Counted from the stretch's first letter, positions 49,099 to 59,002 are shown. The stretch: 64,000 nucleotides of DNA from an uncultured Gemmatimonadales bacterium (GCA_963741945.1 CAVUKA010000001.1:544001-608000); one strand, 5' to 3'. Program-made: numbers and translations. The notes: generated by a model not told the origin, from the letters alone.

Positions 49099-50709
49099 CT
49101 ACCGGCCCCGCGTCCTGCCGTTCCGCCCCCGTCGTGGCCCGGCGACGGTCCCGAGCCCCAGCCGCGCTGCCACGATCACCGCCAGCGCCATGATGGTGGC
49201 CAGTGTGGCCAGCCAGTCTCCCCAGCGGACGAAGAGGGTGACCGCGTCGGTGGTGTACACGGTCCCGACGCGCACGGCCGGCTCGAAGAGGCGGGTGCGC
49301 CCGTAGCTTCGGCCGAGGGGGTCGATGAACATGGAGATGCCGGTGTTCGCGGCGCGCGCGACGCCTGTTCGCGTCTCGATGGCGCGCATGCTCAGGTGGG
49401 CGGGGTGCTGCCAGAGCGCGGTCGTGCGGGCGTACCACGGCTCGCGGCCGTACCAAGCGTCGTTGGTGACGTTGACGAGGAAGGACGCACCCTCCTGCCG
49501 ATAGCGGCGGGAGAGGGGCGCGAAAATGGACTCGTAGCAGATCATGACGCCGAAGCGGAAACGGTCGGCCACGTCGAAGGTGGGCGCGCCGTGGCCCCGG
49601 CCGAGTCCGCCGAAGTACTGGACGCTGCCGACCACGCCCTCCAGCCAGGTCGGGTCGATGAAGGGCACGCGCTCGACGAACGGGACCAGGAACTGCTTGT
49701 CATAGCGCGGACCGCTCTCGCCCGTGGAGCGCACCACGATGGCGGAGTTGTAGACCACGCCCCGCCGCCCGTTGCCGCTGTCCCGATCGAAGCCGTACGT
49801 CCCCACCACGATCGGGGCGTCCACACGCGCGCTCAGCCGCTCCACGGCCCGCAGGAGTCCGGGGCGCTCGAGCACGAAGTCGGGCACGGCCACTTCCGGC
49901 CACACCACCAGATCGACGCCGGAGTCTGCCACGGCCAGGGTGAGCCGGGTGAGCATGGCCATGGAAGTATCGAGCGCCACGGCCGGGTCCATCTTCACGT
50001 CTTCCGGGATATCCGGCTGCACCACGGCCACGCGCGCGACCGGCCGCATGTCCAGCGTGGCCACGCGCCAGCTGCCGTAGGCGACGGGCGCGCCGACGAG
50101 CGCGGCGAGGCCGAGGACGAGAGCGCGCGTGGGGCGGCCGCCGCGATACCGGAGAACGAGCGTGGCGACCATGCCGTTGATGGCGGCGAGCCAGACCGTG
50201 AGGCCGCGGGCGCCCACGAGGTCGGCGGCGCCGGCGAGGCGGGGGAGGTAGGCCAGCGCGGTGCCGAGACCGAGCCAGGGGAAGGAGAGGTCGCCAAGGT
50301 GCCCCTGCATCCATTCGAGTGCGGGCCAGAACAGGGTGGCGCCGAGCGCCAGCGGCAGGCCGAGCCGCTCGCGGGCGTAATGGACGGCCCAAGCGAACGC
50401 GCCCGTGAAGCCGGCGAGCACGAGCACGGTGCCCACGTACGCGGGGATGGCCAGCTTCGAGTAGTAGATGAGCGCCACGGCGAGCCAGTACAGCTGGAGC
50501 CCGAAATAGACGACGCCGGTCAGCAGCCCGGCGCGTGTGGCCGCCCACCGGCCTTCGGCCCCGCCGGGGCGTTCGGCGATGAAGAGGAGGAGGGGGACCA
50601 GCCCGATGAATGGCGCGACCACCATCCGGAGCGGAGGGTACGACAGGGCGAGGAGGGCGCCCGAGAGGAGAGGGAGCGCGCGCTCGCCCCGGGCGGGCAG
50701 CAGCTTCAA
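49099..50709 (-). CDS. lnt: Apolipoprotein N-acyltransferase
   Basis: TM region, [33 protein letters not shown] and RAANTGIS. Confidence 0.96.
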   Translation of the reverse strand: MKLLPARGERALPLLSGALLALSYPPLRMVVAPFIGLVPLLLFIAERPGGAEGRWAATRAGLLTGVVYFGLQLYWLAVALIYYSKLAIPAYVGTVLVLAGFTGAFAWAVHYARERLGLPLALGATLFWPALEWMQGHLGDLSFPWLGLGTALAYLPRLAGAADLVGARGLTVWLAAINGMVATLVLRYRGGRPTRALVLGLAALVGAPVAYGSWRVATLDMRPVARVAVVQPDIPEDVKMDPAVALDTSMAMLTRLTLAVADSGVDLVVWPEVAVPDFVLERPGLLRAVERLSARVDAPIVVGTYGFDRDSGNGRRGVVYNSAIVVRSTGESGPRYDKQFLVPFVERVPFIDPTWLEGVVGSVQYFGGLGRGHGAPTFDVADRFRFGVMICYESIFAPLSRRYRQEGASFLVNVTNDAWYGREPWYARTTALWQHPAHLSMRAIETRTGVARAANTGISMFIDPLGRSYGRTRLFEPAVRVGTVYTTDAVTLFVRWGDWLATLATIMALAVIVAARLGLGTVAGPRRGRNGRTRGR

Positions 50710-51722
50710 AGCCGCACTTCCCTCCCCTTCTCCGCGGAGGCGTAGACCGCGTTCACCGCGCGCATGAGATCGACCTGCTCGCGCGGGAGCGGCGGCCGCT
50801 CGGCGCGCCCGAGGGCGGCGGCCGCGAAGGCGCGCAGCTCCTCGCGGTAGGAAGCCGTGTAGGAGTTCTCGCTCCCGGGCGCGATCTGGGGCGTGACATC
50901 GAGCGTCACGTGCTCGACCTCCTTGTACACCTTGAGCGGGTAGGTGGTGGCCGTGCCCGCGCTGCCGAACACGCGGACGTGGTGGCGGTCCCGCTCTCCG
51001 AGCATGCTCCAGGTCACCTGCACCGAGAGCGTCGCGCCCGTATCGAGCTGCATGAGCGCCGAGGCCGAGTCCTCCACGTCCAGCCCTTCGGCCGGGTGCA
51101 TGTGCGAGAAGACCCGCTCCACGCCCGGGTAGTCGAGCAGCCACATGCACAGGTCCAGCACCTGGACGCCCAGGTCCATGAACGCGCCGCCCCCCGCCAG
51201 ATCCTTCCGGTGCCGCCACGTGGGCCGCTTCGGCCGCACTTTCCGGTTGAACCAGGTCCCGTGCACGCTGAAGATGTCGCCCAGCTCACCGGCACGGATG
51301 AACGAGCGCAGCCCACGGACTTCCGGGCGGTAGCGGTTGTTGAACGCGGCGACGAGTACCCGGTCCGCCCGCTCCGCCGCCCGCACCACGGCCTGCGCCT
51401 GCTTCCCGGTCAGCGCCAGCGGCCGCTCCACCAGGACGTGCTTCCCGGCCGCCAGCGCCGCCACCGCGTGCTCCTCGTGCCGGCGGGTGGGCGAGCAGAT
51501 GACCACGGCGTCCACCTCGTCGCACGCGAACAGCTGTTCCGGCTTCCTGAAAACGCGCGGCACCCCCAGCCGATCGGCCAGCGCCTGGGCCTTGGCGTGG
51601 TCCAGGTCGCAGAGCGCCTCCACGGTGACGTCCTCCAGCTTCTTCAGCAGCGGCAGGTGCACGATCTGGGCGATGGCCCCCGTGCCCACCACGCCCACGC
51701 GCAGCGCGCGGCCGTCGCTCAC
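50706..51722 (-). CDS. Gfo/Idh/MocA family oxidoreductase
   Basis: GVVGTGAIA, AGKHVLVERP and GGGAFMDLGVQVLD. The usual EKP motif is ERP and the usual catalytic H is Q. Confidence 0.9.
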   Translation of the reverse strand: MSDGRALRVGVVGTGAIAQIVHLPLLKKLEDVTVEALCDLDHAKAQALADRLGVPRVFRKPEQLFACDEVDAVVICSPTRRHEEHAVAALAAGKHVLVERPLALTGKQAQAVVRAAERADRVLVAAFNNRYRPEVRGLRSFIRAGELGDIFSVHGTWFNRKVRPKRPTWRHRKDLAGGGAFMDLGVQVLDLCMWLLDYPGVERVFSHMHPAEGLDVEDSASALMQLDTGATLSVQVTWSMLGERDRHHVRVFGSAGTATTYPLKVYKEVEHVTLDVTPQIAPGSENSYTASYREELRAFAAAALGRAERPPLPREQVDLMRAVNAVYASAEKGREVRL

Positions 51723-52399
51723 GGCTGACCTCCCGGCGCCGGAGCGGGCTGAACCGCACCCTCTCCCGGCTGCGGACGCTGCGGGAACATGAGCTGGATG
51801 CCCCCCGCCGCGGAGAGATACTGGATGCTGTTCATGATGGTGTAGCGGCCTTCCCCGTACACCCGCACGCGTGAGCTCGGCACGAACTCCAGCCCGCCGA
51901 GCACCGACATCGCCGCGGCGACCGAGTCCAGCAGGTCCTCGACGAACGTGTTGTCGATGGCCGCGCCCTGTCCGTTCAACGCGTGCAGCCCGAAGCCGGC
52001 GCCCACGTACGTGAGCAGCGCCGCGGGCGTCTTCAGGACGAAGTGGCCATCAACGGAGAGCGAGAGATCGCTCCAGTCGAGAGGTGACAGGTCCTGCGCG
52101 TTCACGAACGACGTGCCCTGGCGGTTGATCTGCTCCGCCAGCGCGTCCAGCTCCTTCTGTGTGAACTCCGACTTCCAGAAGCTGAGCGACGGCACGATGC
52201 GGATCCCGGGTCCGAGATAGCCGAGGTCGAGGCGGAAGCTGTAGACGTTGGTGTTCGTGACCTTGTTCGACCACATGTACCCCAGCGCGGCGCCGGCGCC
52301 GCGCAGGGTCAGGTTCTCGTAGTCGTAGTCGGCCAGGGTCTGCGCGGCGGCGGGGGAGGCAGCCGCGAGCAGGAGCAGGGCGAAGATGGTCCGTCGCAT
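51719..52399 (-). CDS. Exported protein, probable small outer-membrane beta-barrel
   Basis: Signal peptide (MRRTIFALLLLAAASPAAAQ) and amphipathic strands (YVGAGFGLH, GGLEF, VYGEGRY, GGIQLMF). Confidence 0.7.
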   Translation of the reverse strand: MRRTIFALLLLAAASPAAAQTLADYDYENLTLRGAGAALGYMWSNKVTNTNVYSFRLDLGYLGPGIRIVPSLSFWKSEFTQKELDALAEQINRQGTSFVNAQDLSPLDWSDLSLSVDGHFVLKTPAALLTYVGAGFGLHALNGQGAAIDNTFVEDLLDSVAAAMSVLGGLEFVPSSRVRVYGEGRYTIMNSIQYLSAAGGIQLMFPQRPQPGEGAVQPAPAPGGQP

Positions 52400-52404
52400 G
52401 GCGC

Positions 52405-53736
52405 TCATGGATAGAGTCGGGTGATTCGGGTCCCAGGATAGTATGTCCCGAGTATCTCGCGATAGGACTGCCCGGCCCGGGCGCGTCCCAGCGCACCGAC
52501 CTGGCACATTCCGATCCCGTGGCCCCAGCCGGCGCCGCGCACGGTCAGATGCGTCACGGAGCCCAGCCCCTCCGGCTCCAGCTCGATGGCCGCGCTGTTC
52601 AGGATCCGGCCGGGCGACGGCCGCAGGATCCAGCGCACCGAGTCGCCGTGGACCACGGTCTCGCCCAGGTTCGTCCGGATCCGCAGCTCCCCCACGCGCC
52701 CCGACGGGGTGCGCCGCATCACCTCGATGTCATCGACGCGCGTGACGGTGCCATCGGTCCGCCCGGCGCCCCGGAGCCCGGCCGTGAGGTCGGCGGCCAG
52801 CCCCGCGGCGTCCCACTCCTCGGTCCAGCGGAAGCGGCTCGAGCTTTCGCAGTACCATCCGCCATCCGGCCGCCAGTCCGAGACGGAGCGGAGGTATGGC
52901 CGCGGCTCGCCCTGCCAGACTTCGTCCAGCGCAGCGGTGCGACCACCGCACGTGGAATGGTAGTACGCCTCGATCGGCTCGCCCTGGTAGACCACCACTT
53001 CCCCACGCGTCTCCCGCACCGCCGCCGTGGCCACGGGGTCCTCCGCCGACTCGCCGCCGTACGCCTGGTCCTGCACGGTGCCGTAGAAGTCGAAGCCGAG
53101 CTCCGAGCGCCGGCCCATCTGCCGGACCGCGTACGTCCTCGCCGCCACCGCCTGCGCTTTCACCGCTTCCAGCTCCTCCGGAGGGCGGCCCGCGCCGATC
53201 TCCAGCGGAACCACGCCCATGAGGTACGATTCCAGGTCCAGCGCGTTCGCCACGGTGACGCCGGTGACGCCGGCGTACACGAGCATGGATCCCCGGTAGG
53301 AGCGCCCGCCCAGCGTGACGCGCCCGCCGCTCGCCGGGCGCGCGACCACCGTCGCGGCACCACGAAGGACGACGGCAGCCGCGGCACCGACCGTCGGCCC
53401 GGCCGCGGGCACCGGCCCGTAGACATCGACGCCGCCGGCACCCGTTCGAACGATCCAGGTGGTGCCCGCTTCGCCGCGGGCGCGAACCACGCCCGCCTGG
53501 TCCACCAGCTCGAGCGCGCCCGTGCCCCCGAGCACCACCGAGTCGGCGGCCACCACCACGCCCACGCGCACCGCCGGCTCCTTGCCCGCCTCGATCCCGG
53601 GGGGCAGCCGCACCGGCCCGGCGCCACCGGCCCGCTCCGGGCGGGGGCCGGCCACGGTGCACGCCGCCAGCACGCCGCCGAGTGCCAGCACCCGGACCAC
53701 GGAATGGCCGCGTACCGCGCGCCGGCCCCCGCTCAC
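52405..53736 (-). CDS. SpoIID/LytB domain protein (lytic transglycosylase-like)
   Basis: LESYLMGVVPLE, KAQAVAARTY, DQAYGG, YHSTCGG, GWGHGIGMCQVGA and YYPG; possible lipobox LAAC. Confidence 0.92.
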   Translation of the reverse strand: MSGGRRAVRGHSVVRVLALGGVLAACTVAGPRPERAGGAGPVRLPPGIEAGKEPAVRVGVVVAADSVVLGGTGALELVDQAGVVRARGEAGTTWIVRTGAGGVDVYGPVPAAGPTVGAAAAVVLRGAATVVARPASGGRVTLGGRSYRGSMLVYAGVTGVTVANALDLESYLMGVVPLEIGAGRPPEELEAVKAQAVAARTYAVRQMGRRSELGFDFYGTVQDQAYGGESAEDPVATAAVRETRGEVVVYQGEPIEAYYHSTCGGRTAALDEVWQGEPRPYLRSVSDWRPDGGWYCESSSRFRWTEEWDAAGLAADLTAGLRGAGRTDGTVTRVDDIEVMRRTPSGRVGELRIRTNLGETVVHGDSVRWILRPSPGRILNSAAIELEPEGLGSVTHLTVRGAGWGHGIGMCQVGALGRARAGQSYREILGTYYPGTRITRLYP

Positions 53737-55322
53737 ACCCGTCGCGCGCTCAGGTCGTACTCCTCGGCGCCCGTGATCTCCACGTCCACCATGTCGCCCG
53801 GCCGGAGCCCGGCGGCGACCTCGAGCAGGACCACCCCGTCCACTTCCGGCGCCTGCCATGGCGCCCGGGCCACGGCGCCATCCACGTCCACGGCATCCAC
53901 GAGCACCCGCGTCCGCTGGCCCACGCGCGCCTCGTTCCGCTCCAGCGAGATCGCGCGCTGGGCGTCCAGCAGCCGCTCCAGCCGCTCCCGGCGCACGGCC
54001 ATTGGAACCAGGTCCTCCATGGCTGCGGCGGCCGTGTCCTCCTCCTCCGAGTAGGCGAACGCGCCCACGTGGTCGAAGCCCACCTCCTCCAGCAGCGAAA
54101 GCAGCGCGTCGAAATCGTCTTCGGTCTCGCCGGGGAAGCCGACGATCACGGTGGTCCGCAGCGCGAGATCGGGGATGGCGTCGCGCAACCAGCGGACGCG
54201 CTCGAGGATCGTCGCCCGCCGCTCGGGGCGCCTCATGCGCGCCAGCACGGCGTCGGACCCGTGCTGGATCGGCATGTCCAGGTACGGCAGGATCCGCGGC
54301 TCGCGCGCCATGAGCGACACCAGCTCCGGCGTGATCCCCGACGGGTACATGTAGAAGAGCCGGTACCACGGAACGTCCGTCTCGGCCAGCAGCGTCTCCA
54401 GCAGGAGCGGGAGCGCGCCCGTGCGCGTGACGCCTTTGAGCGACGTCGGCCCCGGGCGCACGGGACCGTCAGCGTCGCGTCCGGACAGCCGCTCGCCCAG
54501 CCGGGCGTTGGCCATGCCTTCGAACGGACGGCCGAGGAACCACCCCTCTTCATCGCCCTCCCCGCCGTGCACGGGCGCGGCCTCGCCCCGGGCCAGCGCA
54601 CGGGCCCAGTCGCGGCCGTACCAGGTGGTGTCCTGGCTCACGATGTTGAGCTCCACGGCGCCGCGGGCTTCCAGCGCCTGCGCTTCCCGCACCAGCACGT
54701 CCAGCGGCGTGGAGCGGAACTTCCCGCGCATGAGCGGGATGGCGCAGAACGCGCACGTGTGGTCGCACCCCTCGCTGATCTTCAGGTGCGCCGAATGGAC
54801 GCCGGCATCGCTCGAGCTCAACACCCGGAGCGGCCGCGCCATGAGTGGGCCGTCCACATCGATGAAGCCGCGGCTGGCCAGCTCCGGCACCAGCCGGTCC
54901 GCCTCACTCAACCCCAGGAAGAGGTCCACTTCCGGGATCTCCGCCTCCAGCTCCGGCTTGTAGCGCTGCACCAGGCACCCCATGCCGACCACCGCCCGCA
55001 CCCGCCCCGACTCCTTCAGCCGCGCGGACTCCAGCAGCGCGTCGATGGACTCCTGCTTCGCCATCTCGATGAAACCGCACGTGTTCACCACCACCACGTC
55101 CGCTTCCTCGGGCGACGCCGCGATCTCCACTCCGGCGCCCACCAGCCGGCTCAGCATCCGCTCGCTGTCCACCGTGTTCTTGTCGCACCCGAGCGTGACC
55201 ATCGCCACGCGCGTGCCCGCGGCCACGCCCGCCGCTTCCAGCGCCGCCGACAGCCCGTCGGGGCCGCCACCTTGCTCCCCCTCGTGCGACGGCAGGACCG
55301 GCAGCGACTTCCGCTCAGCCAC
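53733..55322 (-). CDS. rimO: Ribosomal protein S12 methylthiotransferase
   Basis: LGCDKNTVDSE, NTCGFI, KISEGCDHTCAFCAIP, YMYP, IVGFPGET and APEVDG (TRAM domain). Confidence 0.96.
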   Translation of the reverse strand: MAERKSLPVLPSHEGEQGGGPDGLSAALEAAGVAAGTRVAMVTLGCDKNTVDSERMLSRLVGAGVEIAASPEEADVVVVNTCGFIEMAKQESIDALLESARLKESGRVRAVVGMGCLVQRYKPELEAEIPEVDLFLGLSEADRLVPELASRGFIDVDGPLMARPLRVLSSSDAGVHSAHLKISEGCDHTCAFCAIPLMRGKFRSTPLDVLVREAQALEARGAVELNIVSQDTTWYGRDWARALARGEAAPVHGGEGDEEGWFLGRPFEGMANARLGERLSGRDADGPVRPGPTSLKGVTRTGALPLLLETLLAETDVPWYRLFYMYPSGITPELVSLMAREPRILPYLDMPIQHGSDAVLARMRRPERRATILERVRWLRDAIPDLALRTTVIVGFPGETEDDFDALLSLLEEVGFDHVGAFAYSEEEDTAAAAMEDLVPMAVRRERLERLLDAQRAISLERNEARVGQRTRVLVDAVDVDGAVARAPWQAPEVDGVVLLEVAAGLRPGDMVDVEITGAEEYDLSARRV

Positions 55323-56256
55323 GCTCGATCACCTGCGCGCCGGCGGGAGGCGAGAACTGGAAGAGGCGGTCCGGGAGCGACGGGTTGATCACCAGGCCGC
55401 TCAGGTCGAAGTGGCGCACCACGCCGTTCCCCTCCGTCAGCTCGAACCGGCGGACCAGGTGGTCCCCCCTGTCGATCCATACCTTGAGCCGCTGGTACCC
55501 GGACTCCGCGCGCGGCACCAGCGTCACAACGTCGGCGCTCCGGCCGTCCACCTGCGCCCGCCCCTCGTACGTCGCGGCGAACCGCTGCACCGGGTCACCC
55601 ATGAACTGCGAACGCAGATCCAGCCCCTGAGTCCCCCGCGGCGTGCGGATCACCTGCTTCGGGTCGGTGCTGGGGAAGTACAGCCAGAAATACCGGCCGT
55701 CGCTCACGATCCGATCCCCCTCCGGCTCGCTGAACCGCATCAGGAAATACCCCGGCTCCTTCTGGTACATCGTCCCCCGGGACCGCGTGGTCTGCCCCAG
55801 CAGCGTGTTCTCCAGCACCTGGACGAAATCCGACTGCATCGATGTGACCCGCTCATAGCGGCTCGCCGTGGCACGAAGGATGGCCGCCGTGCTGTCGGCC
55901 GGCGGCTCCGCCGGCGACGTCCCGGCTGGCGACGGCCCGGCTGGCGACGGCCCGGATTGCGGGCTCGCCGCGGCCCGCTCGCTCGGTGAACTCGCCTCGG
56001 GCGCCGCGGCCGTCTCGGTCGCCTCGGCGGGTGAGCTCGCCGCGAGCCGCTCGGCCGGAGCCGGTGGCGACGTCGCCGAGGGCGGGGCGGGAGAGACGGC
56101 CATTGCCGCGGCGTCGTCGCCGGCCCGATCCGCACTCCGGGCCCCAGCCCGGTTCGCGCCCGATTCGGGCGCCTCGGCGCCGCACGCGCCCGCTCCCACC
56201 ACCAGTGCGGCCGCCAGCACCGCCACCCACGACGGCGCGCTCCATCTTGCATTCAT
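55315..56256 (-). CDS. lolA: LolA family outer-membrane lipoprotein carrier with N-terminal Ala/Pro-rich linker
   Basis: C-terminal domain has FVQ, GTMYQKEPG, IVSDGRYFWLY and FQFSPPAGA; the gene follows ftsK (conserved ftsK-lolA order). Confidence 0.85.
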   Translation of the reverse strand: MNARWSAPSWVAVLAAALVVGAGACGAEAPESGANRAGARSADRAGDDAAAMAVSPAPPSATSPPAPAERLAASSPAEATETAAAPEASSPSERAAASPQSGPSPAGPSPAGTSPAEPPADSTAAILRATASRYERVTSMQSDFVQVLENTLLGQTTRSRGTMYQKEPGYFLMRFSEPEGDRIVSDGRYFWLYFPSTDPKQVIRTPRGTQGLDLRSQFMGDPVQRFAATYEGRAQVDGRSADVVTLVPRAESGYQRLKVWIDRGDHLVRRFELTEGNGVVRHFDLSGLVINPSLPDRLFQFSPPAGAQVIERG

Positions 56257-56411
56257 GCGGTTTACCCGCCCGTTTTCGGTGTCCACTTCGCCATTGGATT
56301 CCGCACCGACGTACCCTCCCGCCCCATCCCCCGTTCCGGCGATCCCCCGCGACGCTCGCCCCGGCGGCCGCGCCGCCCGCCATGCCCCTTCGATCCCCCT
56401 CTCCCCGAAAG

Positions 56412-56515
56412 TCTCTCCACCTGGAGACATCCACGGGCGAGATAATTTTGTAACGTGCTGCGGCATAACCGGTTACGAACAATACGACGGCGCTGGTTCT
56501 CTCCACGTGGAGAGA
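56412..56515. promoter_or_regulatory. Pair of 18-bp palindromic sites flanking an AT-richer core upstream of lolA
   Basis: TCTCTCCACGTGGAGAGA (56498-56515, perfect palindrome) and TCTCTCCACCTGGAGACA (56412-56429, 16/18 identical); TAACCGGTTA palindrome at 56466-56475. Confidence 0.55.
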
Positions 56516-56574
56516 GTTCCGCCAAGGACACCCCCTCGCCTCGACAGACCGGGGGCGGAGCCGTCGCCCGGGCG

Positions 56575-59001
56575 TCAGGCCTGCGGATCGTCGTCGGCGT
56601 CGGGGTCTCCGGCGGGGACGGGGTGCTGCGGGTCATCGGATTGGCCGGCCATCAGGAGGTCGAGTCCGGCGAGGCCGATGAGGACCTCTCGGGGCTTGGA
56701 GCCGTCGGGCGGGCCGAGCACGCCGGCGTGCTCGAGCTGATCGACGATCCGGGCGGCGCGGCCGTAGCCGATACGGAGCCGTCGCTGGAGCAGCGAGGTG
56801 GAGCCCTGCTCGTGCTGGATGCAGACCTCGGCGGCCTGGCGGAAGAGGTCGTCCCGGTCCTCCAGCGCGTCGTCGATGACGTTCCCGGCGGCCTCGTGCT
56901 CCTTTTCGCGTACCACTTCCAGGATATCGCGCTCGCGGCGGGTGGCCCGCCGGTCCTCGATCTCACGGTCCCGGTACCAGGCCATGAGCCGCTCGGTCTC
57001 GGCCGTGGAGATGAACGCGCCCTGGATGCGCACGGGGTCGGACGTGCCGGGGGGCAGGAAGAGCATGTCGCCGTTGCCCAGGAGGGCGTCGGCGCCGTTC
57101 TGGTCGATGATGGTGCGCGAGTCCACCTTCGAGCTCACGCGGAAGGCGATCCGGCAGGGGAAGTTGGCCTTGATGAGACCGGTGATCACGTTCACGCTCG
57201 GCCGCTGCGTGGCCACGATGAGGTGGATGCCGATGGCGCGGGCCTTCTGTGCCAGCTGCGCCAGAGGCCGCTCGACTTCCGACTGGACGGTCATCATGAG
57301 GTCCGCCAGCTCGTCCACGATCACCACGACGTACGGGAGTGGGCCGTCGCTGTAGATCCAGCGGTCCGGGTCGCCCTCGCGGCCCACGGGCTCCGCGCGG
57401 CGGAGCGTCTTTCCCTCCCGGACCCGGTCGTTGAACTCCTTGATCGAGCGCACGCTGTTCTGGGACAGGAGCTCGTAGCGGCGCTCCATCTCGTACACCG
57501 CCCAGCGCAGCGCGAGGGCGGCGTCCTCCGGGTCCGTCACGACGGGGTGGCGCAGGTGCGGCAGATCGCCGTAGACGCTCAGCTCGACCATCTTCGGGTC
57601 CACCAGCAGCAGCCGCAGCGTTTCGGGCGTGTGCCGGAACACCAGGCTGGTGATGATGGTGTTGATGCACACGCTCTTGCCGGAGCCGGTCGCCCCGGCG
57701 ATGAGCAGGTGGGGCATCTTGGTCAGGTCGGCCACGTGCGGCCGGCCCTCCAGGTCCTTCCCGAGCGCCAGCGGGAGCTGCCCCCGGCTGCGGTGGAACG
57801 CGGGCGCATCCACGATCTCCCGCAGGAAGACCACTTCCGGCTCGGGGTTCGGCACTTCCACCCCCACGGCCGCCTTTCCCGGGATCGGCGCCACGATCCG
57901 CACGCTCGGCGCCTTCAGCGCCAGCGCCAGGTCCGCGTCCAGCGCTTCCACCCGGCTCACCTTGATCCCCGGCGCAGGCGCGAACTCGTACTGCGTCACC
58001 ACGGGGCCGGTGGTGCGCCCCACGATCTGGCCCTGGACCTTGAACGTCTTCAGTGTCTCCAGCAGCACCGTGGCCAGGCGGTCCAGCTCCCGCTCCGTCA
58101 GCACGGGGTCGCGCGCGGGCTTCTCTTCCAGCAGCGGGACGGGCGGCGAGGAGCCGGCCGGCCCCGCGGTCATGGGACCCCGGAACCCGTGGGCCTCCCC
58201 GTCCGCGGTGGGCGGATCCTTCCGCCTCTTGCCCCGATCCCCGCCCTTCCGCCCCGGGACCGCCGCATCGTCCGCGGCCGCCGCGGGCGATGCCGCAGTC
58301 AGCTGCTCCGCCGGTGATGAAACGGCCGCGTCGTGGCCCGCGGGCACCCCGTCGCCCACGTCGCCCTCGTCGCCCTCGTCGCCGCCAATGCCGAGCCAGT
58401 CGAGCGTGCGGCGGAACGGCCCCGCCACTTTCGCCGAATCCAGCGACGAAGCCGCACCGCGCAGCACGCGCGCCCCCGCCGACGCGCCGCCCACGGCGGA
58501 GCGCGCCGGGTTCCATCCGATGGTGGCCACACTGGCGGCCGCGGCCAGGAAGGAGAGCAGGAGCACGGCGCCCACGGCGCCCAGGGCGGAGAGGAGCGGG
58601 GCGCCCATGAACACGCCCCAGATCCCGGCCAGCGCGAGCACGTCATCGCGGCCGAGCGTGAGCACGGCCACGGCCACGGGGAGGAGCAGCGTGACCACCA
58701 CCACGAGGATCCCCCAGCGCAGCGCGGTGCCGGCGCGGAAGCCGAATGCCGCCAGGGCGCCCAGGGCCGGGATGAGCGGGACCAGGTAGACGCCCACGCC
58801 GAGGACGGCCAGCCCGCCGGCCCGGAAGCCGGACCCGAGCACGCCCATGAAGTTCTCGGCCGGAGCCCACGACGCGTCGCCCACCACCGACGTGGGGATG
58901 AGGCTGAGCCCCGCGAACAGCGCCAGCAGGGCCAGCCCGAGCCCCAGGAGGTCGCGCCGCTGCGCCTCCGTAAGCAGCCCGCCATCGCTCTTGGACGCCA
59001 T
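56575..59001 (-). CDS. ftsK: DNA translocase FtsK
   Basis: 4-TM N-terminus, PHLLIAGATGSGKS, DPKMVEL, DELADLM, ATQRPS and gamma domain LQRRLRIGYGRAARIVD. Confidence 0.98.
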   Translation of the reverse strand: MASKSDGGLLTEAQRRDLLGLGLALLALFAGLSLIPTSVVGDASWAPAENFMGVLGSGFRAGGLAVLGVGVYLVPLIPALGALAAFGFRAGTALRWGILVVVVTLLLPVAVAVLTLGRDDVLALAGIWGVFMGAPLLSALGAVGAVLLLSFLAAAASVATIGWNPARSAVGGASAGARVLRGAASSLDSAKVAGPFRRTLDWLGIGGDEGDEGDVGDGVPAGHDAAVSSPAEQLTAASPAAAADDAAVPGRKGGDRGKRRKDPPTADGEAHGFRGPMTAGPAGSSPPVPLLEEKPARDPVLTERELDRLATVLLETLKTFKVQGQIVGRTTGPVVTQYEFAPAPGIKVSRVEALDADLALALKAPSVRIVAPIPGKAAVGVEVPNPEPEVVFLREIVDAPAFHRSRGQLPLALGKDLEGRPHVADLTKMPHLLIAGATGSGKSVCINTIITSLVFRHTPETLRLLLVDPKMVELSVYGDLPHLRHPVVTDPEDAALALRWAVYEMERRYELLSQNSVRSIKEFNDRVREGKTLRRAEPVGREGDPDRWIYSDGPLPYVVVIVDELADLMMTVQSEVERPLAQLAQKARAIGIHLIVATQRPSVNVITGLIKANFPCRIAFRVSSKVDSRTIIDQNGADALLGNGDMLFLPPGTSDPVRIQGAFISTAETERLMAWYRDREIEDRRATRRERDILEVVREKEHEAAGNVIDDALEDRDDLFRQAAEVCIQHEQGSTSLLQRRLRIGYGRAARIVDQLEHAGVLGPPDGSKPREVLIGLAGLDLLMAGQSDDPQHPVPAGDPDADDDPQA

Positions 59002-59002
59002 G

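Noticed and set aside
54410-54615. Intein in RimO
   Set aside because: Too short, and it lacks the N-terminal C/S and C-terminal HN-C/S/T splice motifs.
56498-56515. parS site
   Set aside because: Shares only the CACGTG core; the flanks do not fit TGTTTCACGTGAAACA.
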